Position numbers and translations under genes: made by a program. 64,000 nt of DNA, taken from Candidatus Borrarchaeum weybense. Lineage in GTDB: Archaea; Asgardarchaeota; Sifarchaeia; Borrarchaeales; Borrarchaeaceae. Under the pieces are notes generated by a model. It ran no database searches and was not told where the DNA came from. It worked only from the letters and a program-made list of their open reading frames with translations. Below, piece after piece: positions 37,771 to 48,408 of this stretch; within the stretch, counting starts at the first letter, position 1, and each line of letters opens with the position of its first letter. The stretch covers positions 32,001 through 96,000 of the forward strand of contig JAHQJS010000007.1 of the NCBI GenBank assembly GCA_019057385.1, read 5' to 3'.

Positions 37771-38244
37771 TTCTATTTCAGCAATATACTTTAAGAATGA
37801 TAAATAATCAAAAAAAGATACGTTTACGAAGCATGAGATTTAAAAATGTAAAGTTTTAAGTAGTAGTTAAGTTCTTTGTGGAACACTTACAGTGATAGTT
37901 TTTATGGAACTTGATTTAATTAGTTTATTTATACATTCGATTTAAACTAAAAATTATTATTAAAAATTCTAATAGAAGAATCTCTAGCCGTTACTCCTCG
38001 TTTAACATAAGTGTTATTCATCAATTAAAATTTATGTTTTCGTTTTGGTATTTTAAAGAATAATTTGTCACCATACAAAATATTTATGTAACTATTACGC
38101 TCTTATGGTAATGCTTATCAAGCACACATTGGAAAACAACGAATTATTCTTTAAATTTAAGGTCTTGTTATATCATTCAAATATTCTTTTAGAAAAATAT
38201 TTTTGATATAATTTTCTTAAGGCTAATACTATTGCTATAATACT

Positions 38245-39213
38245 ATGGCTATAATTTATCTAAAGGGAGGCAATTATTTGATAACTGTAGTGTCTGGAGG
38301 TCTTAGGACGACCAGGTTTCTAGAAGGGCTTTTACGCGTGATGCCGCAAGACGAGTTAGCAATTATTGCAAACACTTTAAACAATGTAAATGTCGTGGGA
38401 TTAGCTATATATCCAGATCTTGAATATTTAATATTTCTCCTAGCCGGAAAACTCGATATTCGGTACTGGGAGACCGTACAAAATGATACTTACAGTTTTA
38501 TGAACGCCTTCTCTTATTTGCTGAACAATGAAGACTTATGGTTTCGTTTTGGGGATATACTATTTTCCCACGTAATCGTTCGCAAACATCTTATGGCAAC
38601 TGGAAAGTCATTTTCGGAAGCAATTGAAATAATCACGCAGAAACTTGGCATAGCAGCGAAAGTAATTCCTATGACGAGTGATGATGTTGTTTTTAAAGTA
38701 AGCACGGACCAGGGAGATCTACCCTTTTTAGAATACAGGAACAAGGAACTCCAAGGGCTTATAAAGGAAGTAAAAAAGATAGAATATGATGGAATCGATA
38801 AGGCAAAACCTAATTCAAAAATTGAAGAAACACTGTCAAAAAGTGATGCAATAGTAATAGGTCCAAGTAATCCACCTTTAAACATTGAGCCTATGCTAGC
38901 TTTTCAAGATATTAAGAATGCAATAGAAAAAGCACATTGCAGTGTTATTGCAATTAGTCCAGTGCTTGGCGACGAACCCATTGATCAACCTATGAGACGA
39001 CTTATAGAGGAAGCGATAGGAATTGGTACGTCAATAATTAATATAGTTGAACGCTACCCAGGACTTATCGATACTTTAGTTATTGATGAAAATGACGAAA
39101 AATATAAGCAAGAGCTTGAAGATATGGGTATGGAAGTAATTGTTACAAAGGTTAGAATTGGAACTCAAGAAAATAGAACAAAACTTGCTGAAATTGTTAC
39201 GAAACTGATTTGA
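38245..39213 (+). CDS. CofD/YvcK-family (2-phospho-L-lactate transferase-like) protein, divergent; probable start TTG 38278
   Basis: ITVVSGG, PDL, IPMTSD, IVIGPSNP, IAISPVLG. Confidence 0.8.
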   Translation: MAIIYLKGGNYLITVVSGGLRTTRFLEGLLRVMPQDELAIIANTLNNVNVVGLAIYPDLEYLIFLLAGKLDIRYWETVQNDTYSFMNAFSYLLNNEDLWFRFGDILFSHVIVRKHLMATGKSFSEAIEIITQKLGIAAKVIPMTSDDVVFKVSTDQGDLPFLEYRNKELQGLIKEVKKIEYDGIDKAKPNSKIEETLSKSDAIVIGPSNPPLNIEPMLAFQDIKNAIEKAHCSVIAISPVLGDEPIDQPMRRLIEEAIGIGTSIINIVERYPGLIDTLVIDENDEKYKQELEDMGMEVIVTKVRIGTQENRTKLAEIVTKLI

Positions 39214-40493
39214 AGACGTTCTTGCAGCCCTCCTGTAATAATTGGGGTCCTTTTATGAGAAAAATATCCATAACTGTTCCTACTGAAGACACTAAAAAGG
39301 TAATAGAAATCCTTGAAGAAACAGGTTACGAGTTTTCGGTTATTGAAGGAAAGGACACCAGTGCGATCTATTTAGCGGTTCATACGGATGATGTCGGTCC
39401 CCTTATCACCGAACTCCAGAAAGAAGGGATAGGTCGTGTAACCGGAACTGTATATGTATCGCAAGCCGAGTTGGTAATCCCCTATAAACAGCACAAAATG
39501 AATACAACTGGAGCTAAGCGCATTGCAATTGAGGAATTATACAGAGATGTAGAAGAAAGTTCAAAACTAGACAGAAATTATATTATTTTTATTGCCCTTT
39601 CTGCAATTTTAGCGAGCCTTGGACTTCTTGCCAATAATGTCGTCGCAGTTATTGCTAGCATGGTGATTGCTCCCCTTATGGGTCCTATTATAGGTACATC
39701 ACTCGGAACTGTTCTAAGTGATAGGAAATTATTTAAAGAGGGTCTAAAAGCAGAAATATTTGGTTTATTGCTCTCAATCGCTGCAGGTTTTGTTATAGGC
39801 TATTTATATCCTGAAGCAGAAGTCACTTCTGAAATCTTGTTAAGGGCTTCTCCGACACTTTTTGACGTAGGTCTTGCTGTTGTCAGTGGATCAGCAGCTG
39901 CAATATGCTTCACTAGTGGAATAGCTACAGCATTAGTTGGAATTGCTATTGCAGCCGCACTCATGCCACCAGCGGTAAATGTAGGTCTTGGTTTGGCACT
40001 CCAACGATATGATATAGCTCTTGGATCTGCTCTCTTACTATTAACAAACGTTTTTAGCATTAATATCACCGCATTGGCAGTTTTTTGGCTTAAAGATGTG
40101 AAACCAACTCTTTCATTGCGCAGAAAAAAACTCGCAAAAGGATTACTTAAAAAACGAGGTCTCCTCGTTATAATTGCAATTCTTGTTCTTTGCCTCCCAA
40201 TTGGGATTACAACCTATAATGCGATCATACAAAACAGCGTACAGAGAACAACAACACGGATTGTTGAAGAAGAAATTACAAAAATCCCAGGGGCTGAAGT
40301 AGCGGAAATTGATACGCTTCTTAATTTGCAACGGAGAAACTTGTTTGTGGAAATCAAAGTAGATAGTGAAAGACCTGTAGGAGTTGAAGTAGCACAAACT
40401 ATCGCAGAACGCATAACGCAGGAGACTGGTTTCGAGACAACAGTTGAAATCCGAACGTTTCTAGTACAAAGCGTGCGCTATAACCCCTCTTGA
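39210..40493 (+). CDS. DUF389/TIGR00341-type membrane protein with P-II-like N-terminus
   Basis: VIASMVIAPLMGPI, ALVGIAIAAALMPPA. Confidence 0.88.
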   Translation: MKTFLQPSCNNWGPFMRKISITVPTEDTKKVIEILEETGYEFSVIEGKDTSAIYLAVHTDDVGPLITELQKEGIGRVTGTVYVSQAELVIPYKQHKMNTTGAKRIAIEELYRDVEESSKLDRNYIIFIALSAILASLGLLANNVVAVIASMVIAPLMGPIIGTSLGTVLSDRKLFKEGLKAEIFGLLLSIAAGFVIGYLYPEAEVTSEILLRASPTLFDVGLAVVSGSAAAICFTSGIATALVGIAIAAALMPPAVNVGLGLALQRYDIALGSALLLLTNVFSINITALAVFWLKDVKPTLSLRRKKLAKGLLKKRGLLVIIAILVLCLPIGITTYNAIIQNSVQRTTTRIVEEEITKIPGAEVAEIDTLLNLQRRNLFVEIKVDSERPVGVEVAQTIAERITQETGFETTVEIRTFLVQSVRYNPS

Positions 40494-40499
40494 TGAAGT

Positions 40500-41900
40500 T
40501 CATTGCAGCAGTGTTATAACATCGAGATAATGCTCTTTTTTTGCATAATCAAGAGCTGTATCCCCATTCTTATCTTTGATATTTTTATCAGCTTTATATT
40601 CTAATAGAAGTTTTACAATCTCAGGGGCATTCTTCCAAGATGCTAAAATCAGAGGTGTTTCTCCCTTTTCTTTACCTTTTACATTAACTTCTGAGCCAGT
40701 TTCTAACAAAAGCTTTACAACATCTGTAAAACCTTCAGAAGCAGCTTGCATTAATGCATTCCAGTTCATTTCATTTTTTGCTTGAATATCAGCACCTTTT
40801 TCCAATAAAAGTTTAGCCACTTTATAGCTTCCTTCATAGGCTGCAAATAGCAATGGTGTGTTCCCAGAAGAATCTCTAACTTCAAGATCAGCACCATTAT
40901 CAATTAGAAATTCAGCAATTTCTATGTAATCATAGCGTGCAGCTTTCATCAGTGGATTTTCTGCGGCTCCATAGTCACCGCCATTTATATCAGCACCATG
41001 ATCAACCAAGAACTTAATTACCTCAAACTGACCCGTATATGCTGCTTCTCTTAATGCATGATTGGTGTAATCCAAATCTTCATTTAAGTCAAGACCATGT
41101 TCAATGAGATATTCTATCAAGTCTATGTATCCAAATTCGGCAGCATAAGAAAGCACACTCGTGCCAAATCTTTCCTTATGCTTTATATCAGCTCCTTGTT
41201 CTAGTAAGTAAAGAATAAGATCTTTATTATCCTTCTCTCTCAATGCTTCCTCAAGTGCAGAGTTCATTTCATCCTGTTTTGCAAGTAAATCGTCTGCGTG
41301 ATCTTTAAATAATTTAACCAAATCTAACCTTTTACTTGATATTGCCCTCTTTAAAGCTGTTTCATCGAAAGAACCTTCAGTCTCAAGGTTAGTACCATAT
41401 TCTAGTAGGAGTTTTGCTATTTCAATATCAAATCCATCATGCCAAATTGAATCAAGGAGAGGATTTTCCTCTGCCTCATTGAGAGCGTTGGGATCTGCCC
41501 CATTTTCCAATAATAATTTAACTATTTCAAATTTATTTTGAGACTGACCACCAGGAGATGATGCATAATGGAGAGGAGTTCGATCGTATTCTCCCTTTAG
41601 ATTCACATCAGCACCAGCATCTATTAGAAGTTTTACAATTTTAAGATGTCCGTACATGCTTGCATAAGTTAGGGGAGTATCTTTACTATAGTTTCCTCCC
41701 TTGTTAACATCAGCACCATGATCTACAAGATATTTGGCGATTTCAAACGAGCCGTCACGACCACATACCATAAGCAATGCAGTTTTGCCCCACACACCAT
41801 CATAATCCACATTCGCGCCGCCTTCTATAGCTTCCTTGACTTTTTCCAAGTCTTTATCATCCGCTCCAAATATGAGGTGATTATTAAAATCGACTATCAT
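40500..41900 (-). CDS. Ankyrin-repeat protein (~12 repeats)
   Basis: Repeated TPLxxA...GxxxIVKLLLxxGADVN. Confidence 0.93.
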   Translation of the reverse strand: MIVDFNNHLIFGADDKDLEKVKEAIEGGANVDYDGVWGKTALLMVCGRDGSFEIAKYLVDHGADVNKGGNYSKDTPLTYASMYGHLKIVKLLIDAGADVNLKGEYDRTPLHYASSPGGQSQNKFEIVKLLLENGADPNALNEAEENPLLDSIWHDGFDIEIAKLLLEYGTNLETEGSFDETALKRAISSKRLDLVKLFKDHADDLLAKQDEMNSALEEALREKDNKDLILYLLEQGADIKHKERFGTSVLSYAAEFGYIDLIEYLIEHGLDLNEDLDYTNHALREAAYTGQFEVIKFLVDHGADINGGDYGAAENPLMKAARYDYIEIAEFLIDNGADLEVRDSSGNTPLLFAAYEGSYKVAKLLLEKGADIQAKNEMNWNALMQAASEGFTDVVKLLLETGSEVNVKGKEKGETPLILASWKNAPEIVKLLLEYKADKNIKDKNGDTALDYAKKEHYLDVITLLQ

Positions 41901-42006
41901 AATAGTTTGCTTTTTAGCTAATAGGTTATAACTCTAATGGTGCCTAGACAATTCCACTAGCGCCTTTCAGTCCTATCTGTTGGAAGAAGGATTCCTGTCG
42001 AATCAG

Positions 42007-42603
42007 TTAAAACACTCCAAATAGTGTCAATAGGCCAAAAACAATGAAGATTATACCTGAAACAATGTGCAACATTTTCGGAGATATTATCCGTGAAAAA
42101 GATTCGCCTACAAGCACTCCAATTCCACTTACTAAGGCTAAGCCTGAAAGTACACCAAGAAGTACCACAAATGGTAGTTGATAATTTGCGACAAGAAGAA
42201 TTGTAATAATTTGCGTTTTATCTCCGAGTTCAGCTAAAGCAACAAAACTAAATGCAGTCAAAAAAAGAGAAGAATGTTGATCTACCATAAGACTTTCATC
42301 ATTTATCTTTTCATCGCTTGTGTTTTTGGATTTGACAAGGAGTATCACGCCAAATACAATGAAAATGATTCCTGTCGAGAATCGAATAAATAAATAGGGA
42401 ACAAATTGAACAATAATCTGCCCGATAAGTACACCTACTCCATTAATTAGAATAAATCCAGTCATCGCTGCTACAAACACAATGACAGGCTTTCTGGATT
42501 TTGCAGTCAGTATGATTATAGCTAACTGTGTCTTATCTCCTAACTCTGATATTGTTAATAGAAGAAATGTTGCAAGAAAGACATCAATAGACACAGAAAT
42601 CAA
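42007..42603 (-). CDS. GDT1/TMEM165 (UPF0016) Ca2+/Mn2+ transporter
   Basis: Two ELGDKTQ motifs. Confidence 0.93.
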   Translation of the reverse strand: MISVSIDVFLATFLLLTISELGDKTQLAIIILTAKSRKPVIVFVAAMTGFILINGVGVLIGQIIVQFVPYLFIRFSTGIIFIVFGVILLVKSKNTSDEKINDESLMVDQHSSLFLTAFSFVALAELGDKTQIITILLVANYQLPFVVLLGVLSGLALVSGIGVLVGESFSRIISPKMLHIVSGIIFIVFGLLTLFGVF

Positions 42604-42777
42604 TCCGTTAACTTTTAAATTAAACTTGAGACTTTAATTCGCAATTCTTTAAAATTGTATCGAAAAGCATCCAAGAAGATATGTTCTGTACTGAGTTATT
42701 TGATATTAAAAAAGAATGATTTTAAATTTGTTAAATAAAAAGCATTCAAAGAAAAGTATAGGAGGAGAAGAGTAGTT

Positions 42778-44376
42778 CTAGCGCTGCCACTTAGGCACTC
42801 GAAGCATTGTATCACAGAATCCGCATTTAATATATCCTTCTTCGTCTACTTTATCCATATCAAGCATCCCTCCACATTCTGGACATGCTTTATCTACTAC
42901 GTCGATTTCCTGAGTTATTTCTATGTTCTTCTTTACGTCTTGCATGACCTCAAAGATGAAACCAGTAAGAATAGCCTCTTCATTTGAATATACTGCGACT
43001 GTTAACAACCCCTGACCCGCATAACCTGATGCTGTGATTTCTGTTGCAAAATCGAATTCACCGTATTTAGTCCTTCCAATATAGGCGCTGTAGGCAATGT
43101 AATGATCTCCGTGTTCTCCAACAAACCTTTCATCCCGATCGATGGGTATAAGCCCTCTGACTCGTTGTTCTGCCATTGCAAACGCCACGTTTGGATCACC
43201 ATCAAATTTGAAACTTGCTTTATTACTTTTTAGCTTCCCTTTCTTTAGGGACATCAAAATCCATTCTTGGTCGGCATCCTCTCCCGTAAGCATAGGACAT
43301 ACGGATTTTAGTTCTAGGGGTTTCATGTCCTGTGTATATAATTTTCCTGTAGGATCGCGGAACATGATTATCCCGGTCAAAATGTCGTCAACGCAGCGAA
43401 TGGGCTGAAGCTGAAAATTCGCTGACTGAGAACCACCAGGCTTAATTACTCCCAGATCTATTATACCTGTTTTCGGATTGATTTTTTCAAGGGCTTGAGG
43501 AGTTTCTAACTTTACACTGACATCTGTGATGCTCTGGGGTGAATTGTTTTCAACTTTGATACCAACTTTCAAATATTGTCCTGCGGTTTCATATCCCCGT
43601 TTCGAAGATACCAAACCTGGAACAAACGATGCGTCAGAAAATGCTAATGTTGCTTCAGGACTGCCTGCTGGGTTTGTTACAATGGGCGTTAAAGGTATCG
43701 TTTGGAGTTTCTTTCGTTGTCTAAATACCACAACGCCTAATACTGCAATAATGGATAATCCTATGACTATACCAAAAAATGCCTCTATTGGCATATCTGG
43801 AATTGGAGATTTAATGCCAATATCCCTTTCTGCATAAACATCATAGGTCCATGTGTTTGCTTCGAGGTTATTTACAATATATTGTCCGTTATACTTAAAT
43901 GAATAATAGAATGCTAGCCAAATATCTACTCTACCTTCATAATCACTAGGTAACTCATCGAGGTTTAATTTAGTGTCATATCTTTCGCCATTATTTGACA
44001 ACGTGTGGGAGATATCATCTCCGCCACTGAAAGTATGATCCATATCTACTGTACTAACTTCCCACTGATACCCTTCGATCAACAATTCTGAACCTGGTTC
44101 GATCCCACGTATTTGAAGTTCTCCGCGACATGATGCTTGATCTCGCTCACGGATCGGTTCTTGGACTCTTAAGATCACAACAAATTCACAGCGCCACATA
44201 CCATTCTGCTGATCGTAGACTTGGTAATGTCTCTCCTCGTATCTTTCTTGGCTATCTTGTGCAACAGTAGCGTTAGGGAATACTGTCATTGCTAGTAAAA
44301 GGAATGCAAGACAGGCGATAACAACAACTCTGCCTTTTTTCACTGTTTTTTCCCTCTTAAAATTTTTAAGCTCCAT
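42778..44376 (-). CDS. Type I membrane protein: signal peptide, ectodomain, TM, cytoplasmic beta-sandwich plus alpha/beta domain, C-terminal Zn ribbon
   Basis: Signal ending AQD; TM FFGIVIGLSIIAVLGVVVF followed by RQRKK; KVGIKVENNS...LGVIKPGGSQSANFQL; CPECG...CGFC. Confidence 0.8.
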   Translation of the reverse strand: MELKNFKREKTVKKGRVVVIACLAFLLLAMTVFPNATVAQDSQERYEERHYQVYDQQNGMWRCEFVVILRVQEPIRERDQASCRGELQIRGIEPGSELLIEGYQWEVSTVDMDHTFSGGDDISHTLSNNGERYDTKLNLDELPSDYEGRVDIWLAFYYSFKYNGQYIVNNLEANTWTYDVYAERDIGIKSPIPDMPIEAFFGIVIGLSIIAVLGVVVFRQRKKLQTIPLTPIVTNPAGSPEATLAFSDASFVPGLVSSKRGYETAGQYLKVGIKVENNSPQSITDVSVKLETPQALEKINPKTGIIDLGVIKPGGSQSANFQLQPIRCVDDILTGIIMFRDPTGKLYTQDMKPLELKSVCPMLTGEDADQEWILMSLKKGKLKSNKASFKFDGDPNVAFAMAEQRVRGLIPIDRDERFVGEHGDHYIAYSAYIGRTKYGEFDFATEITASGYAGQGLLTVAVYSNEEAILTGFIFEVMQDVKKNIEITQEIDVVDKACPECGGMLDMDKVDEEGYIKCGFCDTMLRVPKWQR

Positions 44377-44717
44377 AATTATCTAAGTTAATTTTTCACC
44401 GATCCTTAATATTTTTTTTGAGAACTTTCTTCGTATATTTAGAACTTTCGCAATTCTTTACCAGTAAAAATCAGATTAATACAAAGAAAACGAGATCCAC
44501 AGAATAATCTCTTTTCAACCAAAAAAGCTCTACGATCTTGTTTTAAAAAAAATAGGATGTTCTTGTGTAATTGTGATAGTACAGTATACTATTTGCTTCT
44601 CGGACTGTCCTTCATTTTTTATCTACTTTTATGCAGTAAAACCCCTTCCTTTAGGTGGTGATCAATTCAAGCATTGGCTTCAATGAGGCTCTAAAAATGT
44701 GTGTAGATTATAGAAAA

Positions 44718-45509
44718 CTATGTTTCCTTCAGAGAATGTTCTTTCCACTCTTCGATAAGTTTTTTGGTTTTTTTCCGAAGACGGGTTTTTTCTGAGAAGT
44801 AGTCATCTGGGAGAAGCACAAGAGGAACAAACTTACAGGTTTCTCGAAGTTCAATATTTCTCTCTCTTTTTCTTAGAAGAAGAAGTGCGTAGCGTTTTGC
44901 CTTTTCAATAAATTCAGCGTCAAATATATATGATTTTATGAGAATTTCAAACTCTTTACAATCTTTGTGTTCTTTTCGAACTGTAACAATAGTCGTGTCC
45001 CCACGTGTGATAACGAATTCTGAGTTACCTAGGACTTCTTTTTCTAATGTGACATTTTCGAGTGATAATATATTTCCTTTCTTTATCGCAAAAAGCGGTT
45101 GTTCTATACCTTTACTTCCAATCGACTTTGTTAATACCTTGACATAGCATTCCTTGGGGGGCTTCAGACAGGGGCCTGCCTCATATCTCATCTTAATTTG
45201 AAGTGCAATTTCTTTTCCCGTCTCTGTGAGAACATATCGCATTACTGGAGAGTTAATTCTCTTACAGTCCTTTCTTACAATAAGTCCTCCTTTTAAAAAG
45301 CGCCGAACCATTTTTAAAAGTATCTTTGATCCAATATTAAGCTTTCCAGCGTACCAGAAAAGCAATTTACCACCTTGAGAAAGCGCTGACGTACCAATAT
45401 CCCATCGTTCATACATGGGAAAAATGCCTTCGTTTTCATGGAGAAGAACAAGAAAATGATCTTCTAGATCCGATAAAGCACTGTTCAGAATTATTACCTC
45501 ACGGAACAA
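44718..45509 (-). CDS. Hypothetical protein with wHTH-like N-terminal region
   Basis: 263-aa ORF with RYVLTETGKEIA wing motif; the annotated TTG start lies inside a mini hairpin element. Confidence 0.6.
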   Translation of the reverse strand: MFREVIILNSALSDLEDHFLVLLHENEGIFPMYERWDIGTSALSQGGKLLFWYAGKLNIGSKILLKMVRRFLKGGLIVRKDCKRINSPVMRYVLTETGKEIALQIKMRYEAGPCLKPPKECYVKVLTKSIGSKGIEQPLFAIKKGNILSLENVTLEKEVLGNSEFVITRGDTTIVTVRKEHKDCKEFEILIKSYIFDAEFIEKAKRYALLLLRKRERNIELRETCKFVPLVLLPDDYFSEKTRLRKKTKKLIEEWKEHSLKET

Positions 45510-45538
45510 GCCCCCTCACTTGTTAGGGGGTGATTGAC
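45495..45538 (+). mobile_element. Miniature single-hairpin IS605-type element (PATE/REP-like)
   Basis: CAAGCCCCCTCACTTGTTAGGGGGTGATTGAC resembles the tnpB left-end hairpin and ends TTGAC; preceded by ATTAT rather than TTTAT. Confidence 0.55.
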
Positions 45539-45551
45539 ATAATCAGCCTAA

Positions 45552-46298
45552 TCATATGGACAGACATTTTATGCCTCTGTTCATACATACCTTCAAAAAT
45601 GGGTTTACACAACTGCACATCGACCCTTCAACGCCTTCCATCGGTACCCGTATGACGTTGCACAACTGTCCCCATTTCTTATTCCAGTTGATCAATGTTG
45701 CAACAAACTTTTCTGAGAGAATATCAAAAGATAGGGGCCCTTCTGTAATCTTAAGGGAAGTAAGTTTTTCTGCTAGATTTACTACTGCTTTTCTTGCGTC
45801 TGCATCATCGCTACACACTATAACGTCACAAGTCAATTCTTCGTCAATTTCAGACAGACATTCTGCTCCAAGAGGTTTGAAGGCTGAAACAACTCTCACA
45901 TGGTTTCCTAATATCTGACTTGCTTGTTGAGCACAGGAACCAGCTTCAGTTTGCATAAAAACTGGCTCACCATCATCTGTTAATTCTATCGGAAGTGTTG
46001 TATCTACTAAAATGGTATTCTCGTTCAGATATTCTTTTATTTCTTCAAGTATAGGAATTTGTTCTTGAAATGGAACAGTTAGAACAACAATATTTGCGTT
46101 TTTTGCGGCGGCGTCCAATTTCATAGCAGTGACACGATCTTCTGGTGCGCCTGTAATATTTCGAATTTCTTCTGCGATTTCAATAGCAAATTTCTCATCC
46201 TTAGATCCAATAATGAGGTTGACATCATTATGTTTCGCCCATCGTAAGGCAAAACCTATCGCGCGTTTATCCTTTGCATCTATTATGGCAACCTTCAT
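45552..46298 (-). CDS. NADPH-dependent F420 reductase (NpdG/Fno)-like protein with degenerate dinucleotide-binding loop
   Basis: MKVAII, LIIGS, VVLTVPF, ILVDTTLP, GSCAQ, VVSAFK, DVIVCSDD. Confidence 0.8.
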   Translation of the reverse strand: MKVAIIDAKDKRAIGFALRWAKHNDVNLIIGSKDEKFAIEIAEEIRNITGAPEDRVTAMKLDAAAKNANIVVLTVPFQEQIPILEEIKEYLNENTILVDTTLPIELTDDGEPVFMQTEAGSCAQQASQILGNHVRVVSAFKPLGAECLSEIDEELTCDVIVCSDDADARKAVVNLAEKLTSLKITEGPLSFDILSEKFVATLINWNKKWGQLCNVIRVPMEGVEGSMCSCVNPFLKVCMNRGIKCLSI

Positions 46299-46357
46299 TG
46301 GACTTTCCCTCGATTCCGTATAAAGTATCTACAGGATATTTATTTTTAACTATTGGA

Positions 46358-48289
46358 CTACTTTAACTTGCTTGATAGTTTTTTGTTCAGTTCAATGAGT
46401 TTTTTCCTGATCTCTGCGCGTCTATTTACAAGCTTCTCGATCTCAGTTTCCTGCTCGGATAATTTATTAACATAATTCTTGCGTAATTTGACTTCTTCTT
46501 CACTAGTTCCAAGTGCTTTGATATTCTCTCTAAGACGTTGTTGTTCAGTATTTGCAGCATCAACCATAGTTTCCAAATGTTCTTCTTCTTGTTCTAGGTC
46601 TTTGATTTCCTTTTTAATTTTTATAATTTCTAATAACTGAGCATACTGATGTTCTTGGATGAGTTTATCGGCCAATAATCGATCTAAATCTTCTTTTGTA
46701 AGGTGCGCTTTATATGTTGAAGTATATCTAACTCGCTCCAATTCAAGTTTCGCTGTAAATGTTTCTTTTGGTTCAAGCGTAAATTGATAACGTAAATAAT
46801 TGTTTGTCTTTTCTATTGGAAGTTCTTTCCCGATAGGCTTAAAATCTGATTTTGGTTCATCGATAATTAAAATTAGTTTTTCCTTTTTCTTGTTTTTCAC
46901 GTCATATGTTATAATCTGTTTTTCAAGTAATCGTTCTGCTATGTATTCCTTGCTGATGTCTACTCCAACACCACGTGATTCATAGCGTGTCTCTCGATTT
47001 ATAAGAACTTCTTGTTCCAATGCATAATTTAGCAGGCTTTCATCACCAACACGAAGATGACTCATCATACATTCTCCGGAATATGCATTGTCAATAAAAA
47101 CTGTCGCAGGACCAGCTTCTATAACGATGTTTGAGGGAGAGTCGTTTACAATTTTTAGACACGACAATGGGTTTTTATCAGTCTTGCCAGGAACATAGTA
47201 AGCTATCTTGCTTGAAGGAACCTTTGCTTGGAACAAAGGAACCAAGGCACTTTGATTTCTGAGAATCTTCACAGGAGAATCTATTTTGAACACGAAGAAA
47301 TCTCCAACTTCCTCTGTAGTAGCGGCTGTTTGAACTGACTTATCGAATTCTTCAGCTAAATCTGCTGCAAAAGCCATACCTGAAGTAGGGGCGGGAGCAG
47401 GTGGTGCGTATTCTTTTTCAGCTTTTGTTTTTTTGGCTCGCATTCCTCTTCTTCTATCAGAAGTCATATCTTCCAATGTACCTTCTGCAATAACGGGTTC
47501 AATTCCATATTGAGATGGACGTTCGATACGTGGTCTCATTATACGCCACGGTGAATAAAGATCGTACACGAATGAAATAGGTAATCCCGTCACCAGGGTC
47601 AACATAACATTATCCCAGTCATTTGTAGTAGTATTGTCTACAATCGCCCATCCTTGAATGGCTGCCTCATCTTCAGAATGAATAAGTCTATAAGCGATCT
47701 TCCAAGAAGGTATGGAACCAATGAAACCAATGAAAACGTCCTTTTGTTCTTCACTCGTAAAATTGATGCTTATCGCTTTTATATTCTCCCGCTTAGTATT
47801 GGAGATGGTTTCTAACGCAATATCCAAGTCCTTCTGCAATTTTTCATTTCTTATAGAGATTCCTTGAATATCTAAAGATCGAATTATATTAATTTTACCA
47901 GAATGATCTTTTATTAAAGCCACAAAAACTTCTCGTTTTTCTGTTTCCTCGCTTTCAGTTCCAACAATTTTTCCTAGAATAGTACTTTCTTTAAGGGCAA
48001 TTTCTACTTCTTCTCCAACCAGTTCGCGAAGTAGTCCTTTGAAGGATTCAGTCGTAGGGACAGTAATACTTAGCGATCTCAAAATTTCATTAATCTCGAC
48101 TTTTGAATCAAACGCAACATTCCTAACTTTATCGCCCTTAACAAGCACGATCAGGGATTTGAGAAGGTCATCTAATGCTTCTTGCTTAAAAAACAGCTTC
48201 AGTTCTTTACTATCATGCATTCCAGTTGCAGCGAAGAATCCCACGCCGCAACGATAGAGTACAACTTCTGAGATTTTAACATCTGACAC
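46358..48289 (-). CDS. DUF4139/DUF4140-family protein with coiled-coil tail
   Basis: VVLYRCGVGFF, DDLLKSL, PSWKIAYRL, QGWAIVDNTTTNDWDNVMLTLVTGLPISF. Confidence 0.85.
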   Translation of the reverse strand: MSDVKISEVVLYRCGVGFFAATGMHDSKELKLFFKQEALDDLLKSLIVLVKGDKVRNVAFDSKVEINEILRSLSITVPTTESFKGLLRELVGEEVEIALKESTILGKIVGTESEETEKREVFVALIKDHSGKINIIRSLDIQGISIRNEKLQKDLDIALETISNTKRENIKAISINFTSEEQKDVFIGFIGSIPSWKIAYRLIHSEDEAAIQGWAIVDNTTTNDWDNVMLTLVTGLPISFVYDLYSPWRIMRPRIERPSQYGIEPVIAEGTLEDMTSDRRRGMRAKKTKAEKEYAPPAPAPTSGMAFAADLAEEFDKSVQTAATTEEVGDFFVFKIDSPVKILRNQSALVPLFQAKVPSSKIAYYVPGKTDKNPLSCLKIVNDSPSNIVIEAGPATVFIDNAYSGECMMSHLRVGDESLLNYALEQEVLINRETRYESRGVGVDISKEYIAERLLEKQIITYDVKNKKKEKLILIIDEPKSDFKPIGKELPIEKTNNYLRYQFTLEPKETFTAKLELERVRYTSTYKAHLTKEDLDRLLADKLIQEHQYAQLLEIIKIKKEIKDLEQEEEHLETMVDAANTEQQRLRENIKALGTSEEEVKLRKNYVNKLSEQETEIEKLVNRRAEIRKKLIELNKKLSSKLK

Positions 48290-48408
48290 TAAAACGCCTC
48301 CAGATCTACTATATGCTATAAAATAATAATGAAGATATCATTATAATAAAAAATGCTCTCGTTACTTATTAAACTTCTTCAAAAGAAACAAAGATAAAAA
48401 AAGACTTG

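Noticed and set aside
33464-42006. Identical 13-mer CCTGTCGAATCAG at 33464 and 41994
   Set aside because: Several 13-mer matches are expected by chance in 64 kb, and the similarity does not extend.
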